A stretch of 63,642 nt of DNA, counting the filler, from Phoronis australis (taxonomy: Eukaryota; Animalia; Phoronida), in the NCBI GenBank assembly GCA_002633005.1. It is 11 parts of 11 records of this genome, joined end to end, with 100 filler letters (N's around TTAATTAATTAA, not from the genome) between each part and the next. Parts side by side here need not be neighbours in the genome. Positions count along the whole stretch, not along the records: positions 24,575 to 28,500 come from NMRA01001249.1; positions 28,601 to 33,277 come from NMRA01002518.1; positions 33,378 to 41,442 come from NMRA01001942.1; 8 more parts are not named here. One strand, written 5' to 3'. The notes beneath the pieces were generated by a model, which saw only the letters and a program-made list of their open reading frames with translations, ran no database searches and was not told the DNA's origin. The translations under genes were made by a program, and so were the position numbers. Positions 24,575 through 37,091 of this stretch are shown one piece after another (position 1 is the first letter of the stretch; every line of letters begins with the position of its first letter).

Positions 24575-24900
24575 ACAAACTCGATAATTTTAATAAACGG
24601 CCACTAGGTGACTCAGAACTGTCAAAAACCTCAGAAAATGTAAAGGTGTTGTCGCCTTCATAAGAGGAACCTATCTGTCAAATTTCATGAAAATCCATCC
24701 AAGAATTACGAAGATACAGAGGCAATCATAAAAAATTAATTGCCTCTAAGGGGCATAGCTGTAGTCGGATCAGTCCGAAAGTTGTCGTCATCCCTCGCCA
24801 GCTTCATAAGAACACGCCTGCCAAATCTCATAAAAATCCTGTGAGGGGTTTAGGAGATACAGCTGCGGATGCCAGACGCCCAGATGGAGATAACGGCAAT
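24575..24900 (-). repeat. Interspersed repeat family D
   Basis: Inverted similarity to 10205-10330; internal CAAATTTCATGAAAATCC-like subrepeats. Confidence 0.55.
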
Positions 24901-24981
24901 ATGCATCCACATATGAATATGTGGGCCCACAAAAAAGCTGAAGGCCTAGAGACCTGAATCAGTGTTTAGCAGTGTACCCCA

Positions 24982-25046
24982 AAGGGACTCAACCCACGAC
25001 CTTGTACACTGGAAGCACTAAACAGTTATCCCACTACGCCAAGCTC
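24982..25046 (-). mobile_element. tRNA-derived SINE head
   Basis: Box A TGGCGTAGTGG and box B-like GGTTGAGTCC; no intact cloverleaf. Confidence 0.5.
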
Positions 25047-26261
25047 TTTCCTTTATCTCAAGATGCCAATATTCTGTAATGACTGATGATAACCAATGTT
25101 ATAGTCCTGTCACCTTTTTTCAGGTAAGCTCACTCCCAAGAGTTAATCCGAAAAAAGCAAACTGTCTGAAAGGGTGGCATCCGAAGCTATACACCACCAT
25201 AAAAAATGAAGGTTCACTACACCAGCACTGTAGCTAGAAACTGTGGTTAGACTTCATAATTCCCTCAGCATGCGATAATTGATAACTGTATATGCGTACC
25301 CATGTCTATTATGTTTGTACATGACCAGAAAACCACATCAACAAGTTGCAGAAGAAAATAATAATGAACGATTACGTAATATCAAGGTATTTATATACAC
25401 GTATATTTTGAAAATATACAGCAAAGTTATAAAACATATGTATGGTAAGTGACCAGTTTTTATATTAATATTATATTATTTAAGAGCTCATTAAAACATT
25501 AAAGTAAGTAATCTATTATTTATACAGTTTACGCTTTAAACACTCAGGTAACCAAGCTACTCAGACAACTCAATCATCAATTTTGAACAACTGTAAAATT
25601 AACAGTTGCCCTTTCTAATAGGTAATACGCTTTGCTTTCAGGCTTCACATAAATAAATAGTGTAAATCAAGCAATATGTTGTTTATCTACAAATGGTCAT
25701 TTTGTCAACTGATTCAAAAATGAGAAAATTGCTATGTTACCAAGTAACAGTAGTTTAACAAACTACCAAAAATGAGATATTAGAGTGAGTCTACAGTGAG
25801 AATCTATGCAAAAAATACAAATGATACCAAAATGTAAATATTACAAACAGTCCAGCACAATTCATTGTCGTCAACAACGTAACACACATGATTTCAACCA
25901 TTATACAGTGGGATTTAAGTCCTAATCATAATTATAAGTAAAAACCCATTTGCTAATCACTGTTAATGTTAACATCTTATTAAGTAAACCTAGTTCACCC
26001 ATTAAATACACAAGGCAAACATTACTATGTTCAGCTCTTGAGGAGATAAGCAAGTATTGTAGACATCACTACAATAGCAGTTTGTACTGGCAGAACTAGA
26101 ATATGACGAGGGGGGCGACTAGAATGTCACGGCCATAGGGGAAGGGGAACAGGCCACCTGGGTCCAGTCTAAATCCCTCTATGTACAACATTTAAAGATG
26201 TTGCAAACAGGAGTTCAATCATTGCATTGGAAGAGTGCAGGAGGGGGGTGGAAGTAGGGAG

Positions 26262-26429
<168 letters not shown>

Positions 26430-27163
26430 CTACAAGAAAAAAAAGTAAAGTGCGAGTTCTCTGAACATTCTACACCACTAAACACAAGTACTTTGAATAG
26501 TTCGCATGTTAAATAAACAGGAGTGATGGTGAGACCATAGATTACAGGCAACAGATTCACAACTCCGGCATTTTCTTGCGTAATATCCTAGAGGAAGCGC
26601 CACTCTCCTAAATTATCTGTCCCAGTTTCTGATTAGTGTATTGTGACGACACGACAGCCGACCATAATGAGCAGATGACGTACTTGCCGGAAATAACACC
26701 AGATAATCTGGGCAGGTGTCGCTAGTGAACAATGACGTAATTGCTTCTATAAGAGCACAGATTTCGTCCATTGAAAGTATATGGAGTCGGCGTTCCATGT
26801 ACTATGGTCTATGGTGAGACTGACAATGAAATGAAAGCACTGACTCATGACTCTGCATACAATGACGATGTTACCAAAATTCGAACCACTACCAAAACCA
26901 ATGATGTGATCAACGAAGATAACACTAATGACAGTCACACCACCCATGACACTGATGAGGTCAAAGATTATAACGTTGACAACAACATCCTCTTAGCCGC
27001 CACCATTGGCAGAATCCATGGTGTAATATTTTTTACTTGCGCCAGAAAAACTAGGCTATGAGTTGTAAGTTTAATGAGTTTAATTCGCAGCCGACAATAC
27101 AACGGGGCAGACCCGGAATGGCTCCCACCAAACGCAGTCGTACAAATAACAATGCAATGGCAT

Positions 27164-27463
27164 GATTGCCTCTTCTGTCACAGAAAATGAGGTAAACTTA
27201 CACTAAGAACGGGTAGTAGAAAATGAAAATAATAAACACAGTGCTAATAAGATTCCCAGTTACTATGGCGTTAACAAAGTACAAAGTAAAATCAGTCATA
27301 AAGCCAATCGTCCGATTGCCTCTTCTGTCACAGAAAATGAGGTAAACTTACACTAAGAACGGGTAGTAGAAAATGAAAATAATAAACACAGTGCTAATAA
27401 GATTCCCAGTTACTATGGCGTTAACAAAGTACAAAGTAAAATCAGTCATAAAGCCAATCGTCC
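27164..27463. repeat. Perfect 150-bp tandem duplication in a CYFIP intron
   Basis: 27164-27313 is identical to 27314-27463. Confidence 0.95.
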
Positions 27464-27897
27464 GTTTGCCAATGAGGTTCAAGCGGAAAAAATAGAATTG
27501 CCACTATGAGGCACAGCGGCAGATGGATCTGTCAGAAAGAAGTTGCCATCTGCTGCCATGTTCATTGGAATACATTATTGTCATACTTCACAAAGATCCT
27601 GCAAGGAGTTTAGGAGATACGGGTGCTTAAAAATTGCCACCAGGGGATGCCACAGCAGAAGGACATGTCCGAAAATCAACAGCAGACAGTAGGAAAACAC
27701 ATGCTAATTTTCTTAACGATCCTTTGAGCAGTTTGGGAAACAGCAAAAACAGACTCGAAAATAATAAAATTGGCCACAAAGTGGTGCAGAATACATTTAA
27801 TCTGTCCAAACATAGAAAGGTGCTGTCGTCTCTAAAGAAATTTGTTATACAACAGTAAGTGAAGTTTTGTGATCATACATCACTCCAAAGACTTTCA

Positions 27898-28089
<192 letters not shown>

Positions 28090-28350
28090 CTAACAGCAAT
28101 GTAATCTACTAAAGAGAACCCCAGCATTAACTATCAACACATAAAAAAATTGGAGAAAGAAGGCGAAAAAAATACAGCACAAGGAGGAAAACATTCAGAG
28201 TTAAGTTAAATATGACATTGTCACACGATGATGCATTGTGGGTTCTCAATGTGTTGACAATAGTGCTGAAAGTGAGCTGCTTTGTTTGTACAATGAAGTT
28301 AGTAGAAGTTTAAGACCGTAGCTAATACCTTGTTGTTTGCTCTTCCACTA

Positions 28351-28500
28351 TATCAGTCTGGTATCACTATATGTGTTTGAACATCCATCAATCTGGTATC
28401 ACTATATGTGTTTGAACATCCATCAGTCTGGTATAACTATATGTGTTTGAACATCCATCAGTCTGGTATCACTATGTGTTTGAACATCCATCAGTCTGGT
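28351..28500. repeat. 35-bp minisatellite (>4 copies, cut by contig end)
   Basis: Unit CATCAGTCTGGTATCACTATATGTGTTTGAACATC. Confidence 0.95.
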
Positions 28501-28600
28501 NNNNNNNNNNNNNNNNNNNNNNNNNNNNNNNNNNNNNNNNNNNNTTAATTAATTAANNNNNNNNNNNNNNNNNNNNNNNNNNNNNNNNNNNNNNNNNNNN
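28501..28600. other. Artificial contig-join spacer
   Basis: N44-TTAATTAATTAA-N44. Confidence 0.98.
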
Positions 28601-28668
28601 GTAAAAATTTCTTTATTTCATGCTAATGAATGAAGTTACAAACAAAACTGACCGAAAATGTTCGTTAC

Positions 28669-28752
28669 CTTTAATTGATGAAATAGTACTCGACGCCTGC
28701 ATTGAAGAACCAGTTGAAATTACACGGACAGGCGTACCAGCAGAGGGGGACT
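28669..28752 (-). CDS. Ser/Thr-rich mucin-like exon of the CUB-domain gene
   Basis: 84 nt, phase 1-1, (E)SPSAGTPVRVISTGSSMQASSTISSIK. Confidence 0.6.
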
Positions 28753-29533
28753 CTAAAATAAGACGAATCAAAAAGAATGTTACGATTAGCAGTAGCTTTC
28801 AAAATAAACTGGACAACATCGAGGTTTAATAAAATTTGGGAGCACAAAAGAGGGACCCAATAAGCAATTGATCACGCGTAGATTCCGTTTCAACTCTGAC
28901 TAAATCTCAACATAATCTCTGAACACGTTGTCGAAATCGCAACGGCTTATTGTCCAAGTAAATCGCATAATGCCAGTGACTAGTCGTAACAATATCGCGC
29001 TAAGCGCAGACAAAGGTGCGACAAAAACGCCATATTATTGCGACACCAAAATTTTATTAATATGCTTAATTATTATGGCAAGATATTTTCCAAGTGTGGC
29101 AGAGTCTTATAGAGTTCTGTCGAAGTCTGTCTTGGTTATTTTGAGAACTAATCTAGTTATGGAAGTTGCTTGCCGCTTGTGTTAAAATAGTATTTCGGAA
29201 ATTTTCTCCTTGGTTTTAATGACTCATGACAAGTGTAGGAGTACAGGAGCATGCATCTAATTCCGCATGTGATCACAGCTTCACATTAGCGCTAACATGA
29301 GCATATACGACAATCATAATCATCAAAAGCCTATTTCTAATATCTTCCTTTTTATCTAACTGCTGTTATTATATTGCCTACGCTTAACTGACTTTGTCCG
29401 GTCTGCCAGACCAGTCAAGCGCCTGAGACATGTGATTAGTTCTCGATGACCGTCACGACTTTCGGCTTACAGACCAATCGGGCTCTGAAGTGGAGAAGTC
29501 AATCAAGTGCAATCAGGGTACGAAATATTCTAC

Positions 29534-29611
29534 CCTTTATCACTGAAGTTGCGCTTGAGGAAGGCATGGTTGAAGTTACACCGCCCGGAACAGCAGCTGA
29601 GGATGGAGACT
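29534..29611 (-). CDS. Ser/Thr-rich mucin-like exon of the CUB-domain gene
   Basis: 78 nt, phase 1-1, (E)SPSSAAVPGGVTSTMPSSSATSVIK; similar to the 84-nt exon. Confidence 0.6.
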
Positions 29612-30208
29612 CTAGAGTAAAATGAATCATAGATCTCCATCAAATTCTCAGAGTAAGAAAACGAGTGTATGTAGATATCACAGAACAGTGGCGATTTCAG
29701 TAGACACCTTTAATCCTTATAATCTTGAAGCAGATCGACGCACGGGTTATAATTGATCCCACATTAAGTAGCATGACCACACAACATAAGTACATGTACG
29801 TTAAATTTCTACAATTGATCAAAACGTTTTCAATGGGTAGTGTCTGCTAGGCAAGTCATTAGGTAGGAAGGATATAATGGGGTTACTGAGATGGTACTAT
29901 TTTACACGTGCAATTGCCATGACACAGATAGACAACTCTTCGAAAGGAGTAAAGAATCAATCCAAATGTTTTTAGTGATCGGTGTACTCAAACTTTTTGT
30001 GAAGTATGCAGTTAGTGCAATATCCCAGAATCTCAATTAATTTTATTTACTTCAACGTTGTTGTAGCAGAACTAGGACTGCGAGGTAAAATACTCTTGCA
30101 CTGTTGAAAAAGCAAGAGGCCCAGTTGAGCTGCAACGCGCCCCGTGTAAATAGAATGAAAACGTCTTACAGTGTTATCTCCTTTGCAATTTATTATCATC
30201 AAATTTAC

Positions 30209-30253
30209 CTGTAGACGTTGACGTGGTACTCGACGAGGGCCCAAAAGGAGGAG
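30209..30253 (-). CDS. Ser/Thr-rich micro-exon of the CUB-domain gene
   Basis: 45 nt, phase 1-1, (A)PPFGPSSSTTSTST; gtttcag acceptor, GTAAAT donor. Confidence 0.55.
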
Positions 30254-30568
30254 CTGAAACCGATGATAAAAGAGCAACATCAGCGGTGGATTATTGCAGT
30301 GGTCTTGTTTCTGTCGTCAATGCGACAGCAAACGCAGTCAAAGCTTGTTTGGTGATAAGTTACATTTGCTTATCAAGAGTGAATTGTTGGATCTGAAGCA
30401 CAGCGATTCCTGACGTACATGTACGTGTATTACCGGAAGCAACTTCCACTGATGGTAATAAACGTGTGTTAGTAGTTCACAGAGGGAGCTAGCGATTCTG
30501 TGAATAACGCCGTACTACTTATTCTGAGACTATTGTAAACTTTCGAAAAGCTCTGCCACGTTTCATCA

Positions 30569-30755
30569 ATTAACCTATCGCCAGGATTTTGAGTGACGGG
30601 ATTAACTGACTATTTAGAACGCAGCCTTATCGATACACTCTCGTTTCCAAGCCGCCATTTCACCCGACAAACAACCCGTTGCCGGGTAAAACTTATTGTT
30701 TGTAAGTCGTCATTACCAAAGGGGGCGTCAAATTGACCTATCGCAAGCTCAGCTG
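30569..30755 (+). mobile_element. MITE family A copy followed by the terminus of another copy
   Basis: Matches 834-965; second ATTGACCTATCGCAAGCTC at ~30732. Confidence 0.7.
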
Positions 30756-31660
30756 TCCATCGACGTAGATATTTCTGATTCGCTAATGACTGGAAATTAT
30801 GCATTGGTGGCTTTATAGACCACACAGGAATTCATAAACACTGGATGGCCATTTTGTGGAAACTCATCTTCACCTTGAAAAAAAAACTTCGAAAAACCTA
30901 AAAATGCAGCGAAGCTCATAAACTCATGCATCCAAAAATTAAAATAATAAAAATCTATGTCGAAAAAGGTACAAAAATACCATTAAAATAAATGTAAATC
31001 CACCTTTTAGCCAAAATGCAAACAAGTAGTTGTCAAAAAATACGTGTACATGAGGTTGCGTAAACTTTTTGTTCCAGGAACTGTGTATATTAAACATGAC
31101 GGACGGTAAGACAAAATTGCTTTTATTATAAACATCTTAATTTAGTTACTCAAATGAGCTTCAAAGTTGCAGCGGAGCTCTCTGCAGAAAGGTCCATCTT
31201 TAGATACGCTTAGTGGGTGTGAATAAGAATTCCTGCAGATACCCGGACGTCCGAGGCGTTGATTTGGAAAAAATATACATGATTGAACTCTAAACCTTCC
31301 CCAAATCTCGAAGAAAATGCACAATAAATGTGCAACAAAAGAAAACGATCTACAATAAGTTCCTAAGATCATATATCCATTTGTTTATTGCCTTTCCTGA
31401 TTTCAATTAACGCGTGGGAATAATCATGTATTTGGATCTGACTTTTCGTCACTAAAGTGATAATTTCTGAACTCCTCCGGCAGAAAACTCTGGTATGAAG
31501 TCAAGCATTCAGCATATGTCAACATAATCCCCAAGTGAAAACCAAGCAAATCTAGCCTACAAAAATGAATAGAATTCTGAAAATGTTTTACTTTTTCAAT
31601 CAACGTCTGTTCACTGTAGTGAATAAGTTAGAGTCAACGGTGGCTGGAATCGGTGGTCAG

Positions 31661-31751
31661 CGCCATCTTGGTGAATGCAGGGTCGAATTTAAAAAAGTTA
31701 GTGCCTCGTTAGAAAACCAAGATCTCGCGAGATATTGACGTGATATTGGCT
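31661..31751. promoter_or_regulatory. Cluster of promoter-type motifs (YY1-like, TCTCGCGAGA, CRE-like, CCAAT)
   Basis: CGCCATCTTG 31661; ATCTCGCGAGAT 31722-31733; TGACGTGA; ATTGGCT. Motif match only. Confidence 0.3.
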
Positions 31752-31872
31752 AGGTACAGTATTTCTTGCCGGGAGACAGCTACTGAACTCTACCCAGGTT
31801 GATCTGCGTTATCTTCGTGATTTCTAGTCAACACTCACTTCGTGTCTCAATATATAATGGAATTTTGTTTAC

Positions 31873-31974
31873 CTGAGCTGAGGCAATGGACCTTAAATCC
31901 TGATTTACTGTATGCGTGGTCGGAAGTAAACTTGAGAAAGATGGATCTTCCTGTCGTTGTAACATTGGTTCCCA
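31873..31974 (-). CDS. CUB domain C-terminal exon
   Basis: 102 nt, phase 1-1; GTNVTTTGRSIFLKFTSDHAYSKSGFKVHC fits the CUB consensus (S/T-G..l.v.F.SD.....GF). Confidence 0.75.
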
Positions 31975-32371
31975 CTGGAAAATATAGACACGTGATAGCA
32001 AGAATGCATATATTCTTTACGGAAATCTCGTCAACTAGACGTATTTTGTGAGTTTTGTCCTTCAGTGACAATTGTGCATTGTTTTAGGAAATTAAAGACC
32101 ATAAGTTGACTGACTTAAGCAGTGCAGGTTCACTGATTCGGATACATGGCTTCAATTCTGAATGTTAAGATGGCTGTTCAGGGCACCTTTCAGTGGTCAG
32201 GATTGCATTGGAATACATGTACACATTAGTTAAGCATAAGACCGAGGTGTTTCAGAATCTACTTGTTTGGTAACGTAAAAATTGTCTTAAACAATCTTCT
32301 TAAAAGCTTTGTTACTGCCTAAAATGAAAAAGATTATTAAAGATAAAGTGATGACGTCTCAGATTTATCTA

Positions 32372-33277
32372 CATAGGCGGATTTAGGGGGGGGGGGGCAG
32401 GGNCAGGCCCCCCCCCTTGGCTGCCGCAAAAAAAAATAAAACAGCAAGAGCGCAGGGAAATGTTGAGTTTATTAATTAACCCCTGCAATTAAAATTATAC
32501 GGATGAAAAAAGATTTAAATGTGTGCAGTTTTAGTGTTGGGGAGGGAGGGCTCAAATCCAATTTCAAGTGTCAAATTCGGAACACGGCGTAACGGAACTA
32601 TCATGGCTAAGTATAGGCTCTCCTGCGATATCGCAGGCTACCGACAATGGCGCTGCGCACTACGACTCCGTTTCCGTCGTCTGTTCCACTGTGCAATGAA
32701 GAAAATTTACTTCATTTTTTAAAAGGAACACGGCGCGTTCGTAACGGAACTATGGCTAAGTATAGAATCTCCCGCGATGTCCTAGGCGACCGGCAGCGGC
32801 CTGTGTACTACGACTTCGTTTCCGTAGTCTGCTCCACTGTGCAATGAAGAAAATTTACTTCATTTTTTAAAGAAAATGGAACCTGAGTGACGATGAAAAA
32901 ACAGAAACTGCTGGTAAGATGTGAATCTCTCAGAAACTCGCAATACTCTCTTTGTCAAACCTTATCTTAAGACGGTTTCCAAAGCAATCCCGTCATTATT
33001 GCCAACACGAAAAATGGATTTGGTCTTTTGGGCATTTGAAGACTATTTCAAATACGACAAATATGTTAAGAATTGATGGCACAAAATATAAAACGTGTAA
33101 TAAGCATTACAGAAAGAAGTACATGTAGGTTTCGCGCTAAAACGCTGTGGCCCATAAACAAGTAAGTCTTTTAGTATGACAGTTGTAGTTAAATCGTAGT
33201 GGTGTAGTGGTAACGTACGCGCGCTCTAACCGCTAGGTCGTGAGTTCGAGTGTTACCTGCATTTTTTTCCTGTTTGA
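32372..33277 (+). mobile_element. Family B, copy 2 (left TIR present, internal ~146-bp duplication, cut by contig end)
   Basis: Starts CATAGGCGGATTTAGG; colinear with 2918-3653. Confidence 0.85.
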
Positions 33278-33377
33278 NNNNNNNNNNNNNNNNNNNNNNN
33301 NNNNNNNNNNNNNNNNNNNNNTTAATTAATTAANNNNNNNNNNNNNNNNNNNNNNNNNNNNNNNNNNNNNNNNNNNN
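33278..33377. other. Artificial contig-join spacer
   Basis: N44-TTAATTAATTAA-N44. Confidence 0.98.
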
Positions 33378-34152
33378 TGCTCCACAGGAGGTCTTTAGCG
33401 ACAATGGGCCTCAGTTCAGTGCAGCAGAATTTGCAGTGTTTGCAGCAAAATGAAAATTTCGTGCATAACACGTCATCCCCTCGTTACGCGCAATCCAATG
33501 GCAAGGCAGAAAATGCAGTAAAGACGGTGAAGCGGTTGTTCAAGAAATGTCAGTCGGACAAAACCTCAGAATTTCAAGCTTTGCTTGACTGGCGAAACAC
33601 TCCAACTGAAGGTATGTCCACGAGCCCCGCTGAACGTCTCATGGAACAAAGATGTCGCACCTTGTTACCGATGACAGATCGCCTACTGGAGCCACGACAC
33701 ACAGAGGAAGGTGACATTCGAGATCTAAAAGAACGCAAGGACCGACAGCGTTTCTACTAAAATAAAGGCGCAAAGGATCTACCCATAATTGAGCTTGGTG
33801 ATAGTGTACGTCTGAAGGTGCCGGGTGAGAACAATTATACCCCCGGAATCTGCCGCAACCAGGTCGGTCCACGTAGTTACGACATCCAAGTGGGACCAAC
33901 AGTCTATAGGAGGAATCGGCGAGATCTGTTGAAAACAGAAGAGCCCAAGGTGGCTGATGACCACACAACACCCGAGCCACCACATGAGTCAACAACACCC
34001 GAGTCACCACCAATAACTCGTCCAGAAGGAGTCCAACCACGACGATCGACTCGCGCGAGACGTACACCACAGCGATTTGTGGACTTTGTTCTTAGTTCAC
34101 AGTTTTCTAGTTCAGAGACTTTAGATAAGCTTTCAGTTCAGAAAGGGAAGGA
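33378..34152 (+). mobile_element. Gypsy/Ty3 LTR retrotransposon, degenerate integrase C-terminus and polypurine tract
   Basis: SDNGPQF, SSPRYAQSNGKAENAVKTVK, WRNTP..SPAE, GPRSY..YRRNRR, RRSTR; stops and a frameshift; PPT AGAAAGGGAAGGA. Confidence 0.92.
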
Positions 34153-34324
34153 TGTGACGTGATGTTCGATTACACGTTTTATTCGGATTATTGGACTTTA
34201 GTCGTAATGATAGTTTAGTCAGAGCTACTTCCTGTTGTCATCAACCTCCTGTCTAGTCCATGAGGTCATGATATAATAAAGTGATGTTTTACTAATTAAA
34301 ATCTACGAACAGCAATTCGTTACA
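34153..34324 (+). mobile_element. 3' LTR (172 bp)
   Basis: TGTGACG directly after the PPT, ending CGTTACA (TG...CA inverted ends); internal ATATAAA and ATTAAA signals. Confidence 0.75.
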
Positions 34325-34768
34325 GCAACCCAATTAAAATCTGAAGAGTTTTCTTGAGACGCTGATGGTTTCGGTGTTTTGGCCACAAAAATGCAATTCC
34401 ATCAAACTTTATTTGATTTCAGTTTTCGTAATACGACTCTAATGAATACGATGTTGTATCTGTTTGTTGGGTTGCACAGCAAAAACATCATTCATGTTCA
34501 ATATCCACATAGCCTGGTTACCATTTATTACAATCACCGACGGATGGTTTGAACGACGTTGCATTCACGAACAAATCATAGGCCTTTACAGTTGTAGATG
34601 GGTTGCACGGTGGTTCTCGAAAATTGACTTATACATTACAAGCGTCAAGTGAACTTACAAATTTGTACTTGAATCACGCGGCAAATTTCGTGTTTGAATC
34701 GCAGTCGAGCCTGGGTTTTGGGATTAAACCTTGGGCTCAAACTTCAATGTGATAGAACTTGTACTTAC

Positions 34769-34899
34769 CTGACAGACTTCAGCTCATCCTTGTCTAATTT
34801 CATGTTGGTATTGCACGACATGTCGAGAAGGTCTATTTGTGACGACATCAAGTCAGTTACCGATACATCCAACAGTCTGTTGCAGCCAACATCCAGTAC
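34769..34899 (-). CDS. PHLPP: PHLPP LRR exon 9 of 9 seen
   Basis: VLDVGCNRLLDVSVTDLMSSQIDLLDMSCN..; phase 0-2, GTAAGT donor. Confidence 0.85.
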
Positions 34900-35876
34900 C
34901 TACATGATGCATAACCAGAGACGTTACCGCATGTATTTATTTCGTCAGATTCATCTCTGACTGTTTGGGTTCCTTAAGCCGTGTGAAATAAAAATGCAAC
35001 AACACTTGCAGAGTTATTCAGATTGCTTTTAAGCAAAATCATAAATTCTAAGTATCTAGATATTGTAACTAGTACAAATATTCAATGAAATTGCAAGTTG
35101 AAGTTGAAGTTACCGTGATTAAAGAAAAAGACAATAGCTCAATGCTGGAAAGTTGATAAATAGCGATAAAACGCAAACATAAAAGGTAAATGCATACAAC
35201 GACTGTTGTTCAGATTTATGTTCTTAGACTTGTTTTGTTTCTCCACACACTCCTGATGTTAAACAGATACCGGTCACGTGTACTTCTTGTAATAAATACT
35301 GAAAAACATTTTACTAAGCTTGGTGTAAATTAAATAAATGATGAGCTGTCGTTTCTAGCGTCATATTTTCAGCTTGAATTATCTTATAACCTTAGACTAA
35401 TCATAGTTTTTTGATCCTGAATCTCATAAATTTATTCAATATTTTTATTGTGATTAAATGGTTGTCAGCAACAGCGATTTGCTTTTTATTGACATGCCAG
35501 ATAGTAACTGGATCAGGTGTCTATATTTTTGGTAAATTTGACTGAAGGCCATTACTAACAAACCAACGGTATCAATAACGTGACCGCATTTCATTTGATA
35601 TAAATTTTCAAAGATGAAACCTCAAAAATGCAGTAACTAATTCGTTTTTGTTTCGTACGACTTTTGAGTTTTTTATGAAAATCTTATATTGAGAAGCACG
35701 TAAAAATCCTAACAGGGTTTTAAGTTTGGAAAACAATTCAAAAACCGTATTAGGCCTACCTGAAAATTTTATATGAATACCATCATCCACTTTCGAGTTT
35801 TGATGTTACAAATTTAGACATTTTTCTAGGGTCCCACTTAACATTAAGTCATGTACTGTCTTAGATTATGCTCTAC

Positions 35877-36039
35877 CTTGAGGTTTCTGGCTTTGTTGAG
35901 GTTCGGTAAGTTCCTCAGCAGATTCGAATGGGCTCTTAATACTCTCAGTTCCGGGAGAACTCCAACAGAATCAGGTAAGAACCGCAGTTTGTTTGCAGAA
36001 ACATTCAGTTCTGTCAGCATCTCCAAGTTCTCGGTAAAC
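35877..36039 (-). CDS. PHLPP: PHLPP LRR exon 8
   Basis: LEMLTELNVSANKLRFLP..LRAHSNLL; phase 2-0. Confidence 0.88.
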
Positions 36040-36395
36040 CTGTCAATTGTAGCGGTTACATGAGTTTATTAGATGTGTGGACTTTGCATTCCACAGTGGA
36101 TTGGAAGTAATACTGAAATCAAGATAAGAAAGATGTGCAATTGATGCACTCGAGTTTGCTTTTCGCTCGTCAATGTACGTCATAACTTTATATTGACATA
36201 AATGTTCATAGTATGAGAAATAACGTATTTTTTCCAAAGTAGATTGGTCAATTTATACCAATCTCTCTAACCCATTTACACCGCCACAACGTTTCTGTCG
36301 GCCATGTCTTCAGCCATCGTTAGATTTAACAGCGTTCTTAGAAGGACAACCAAAGTTATCTGGTGTATTCACGGTGGGCACCGTCAGTTCACGAT

Positions 36396-36458
36396 GCGGT
36401 TTGAACGTAGGACCATTAGGTTGACAGTCTACCACTCTAACCGCTAAGCAATTGAGCC
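36396..36458 (-). mobile_element. tRNA-derived SINE head, degenerate
   Basis: TTGCTTAGCGG box A-like, GTTCAAACC box B. Confidence 0.4.
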
Positions 36459-36644
36459 ATCCGTTAACTTGAGCTGTACTTTGTATCTTAGGGTTAGCCT
36501 GGTTTCGTTCGGCTACGTAGTTGACTTATTGCCATGTAGCTTCATGCGCATAACTTGTTGATCTTTCTTCTAATCCAGCTTACTTCATTGTCAAGTAAGA
36601 TATGCAGTGATAAGTATATCAAATTTCCCTCAAACTTAATAGAT

Positions 36645-36717
36645 GACTCGGTAGCCTCTTGGTTAGAGTGCTGCGTTGACAGCTGAAAGGTCTCAGGTTC
36701 AAACCCTTGCGTGCACC
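36645..36717 (+). mobile_element. tRNA-derived SINE head
   Basis: TAGCCTCTTGG box A-like, GGTTCAAACCC box B. Confidence 0.5.
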
Positions 36718-37091
36718 AGAAAATTGTTATCCAACTACCCACCAGATTCCCTTGTTCGTTCTCAGAACGATATAACACCCCAAAATGGCTGCAGACGAAA
36801 TGTCGTGTCAGTGCAAATAGGCTAGAGGTTGGTACAAATAGACCAACAGATGAGAGAAAGTGATACTAATACATCACCGCATCAAAGCGGTTTTCGAAAG
36901 ATAAAGATTTATCAATGTTTTACACAAAGCAGTTCCCATACCAGTCAATGACCTAGAGAGGTCGATGGACTGAAGAGTTCCCCCATGCCACGTTGAATTG
37001 GCGCAATGACGGAGGGCACTAAAGTGCGTAGTGTCCATTGTCAGACACCCTCAAATCAAGGTCCCGCATTCAAGTAAACATGCCGCCTCAC

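Noticed and set aside
26771-27061. Asp/Thr/Asn-rich 96-aa ORF
   Set aside because: Decayed trinucleotide-like low complexity on the antisense strand of a CYFIP intron.
30051-30100. Additional mucin micro-exon (PSSATTTLK)
   Set aside because: The available AG/GT sites put a stop in the phase-1 frame used by its neighbours; at most a dead exon.
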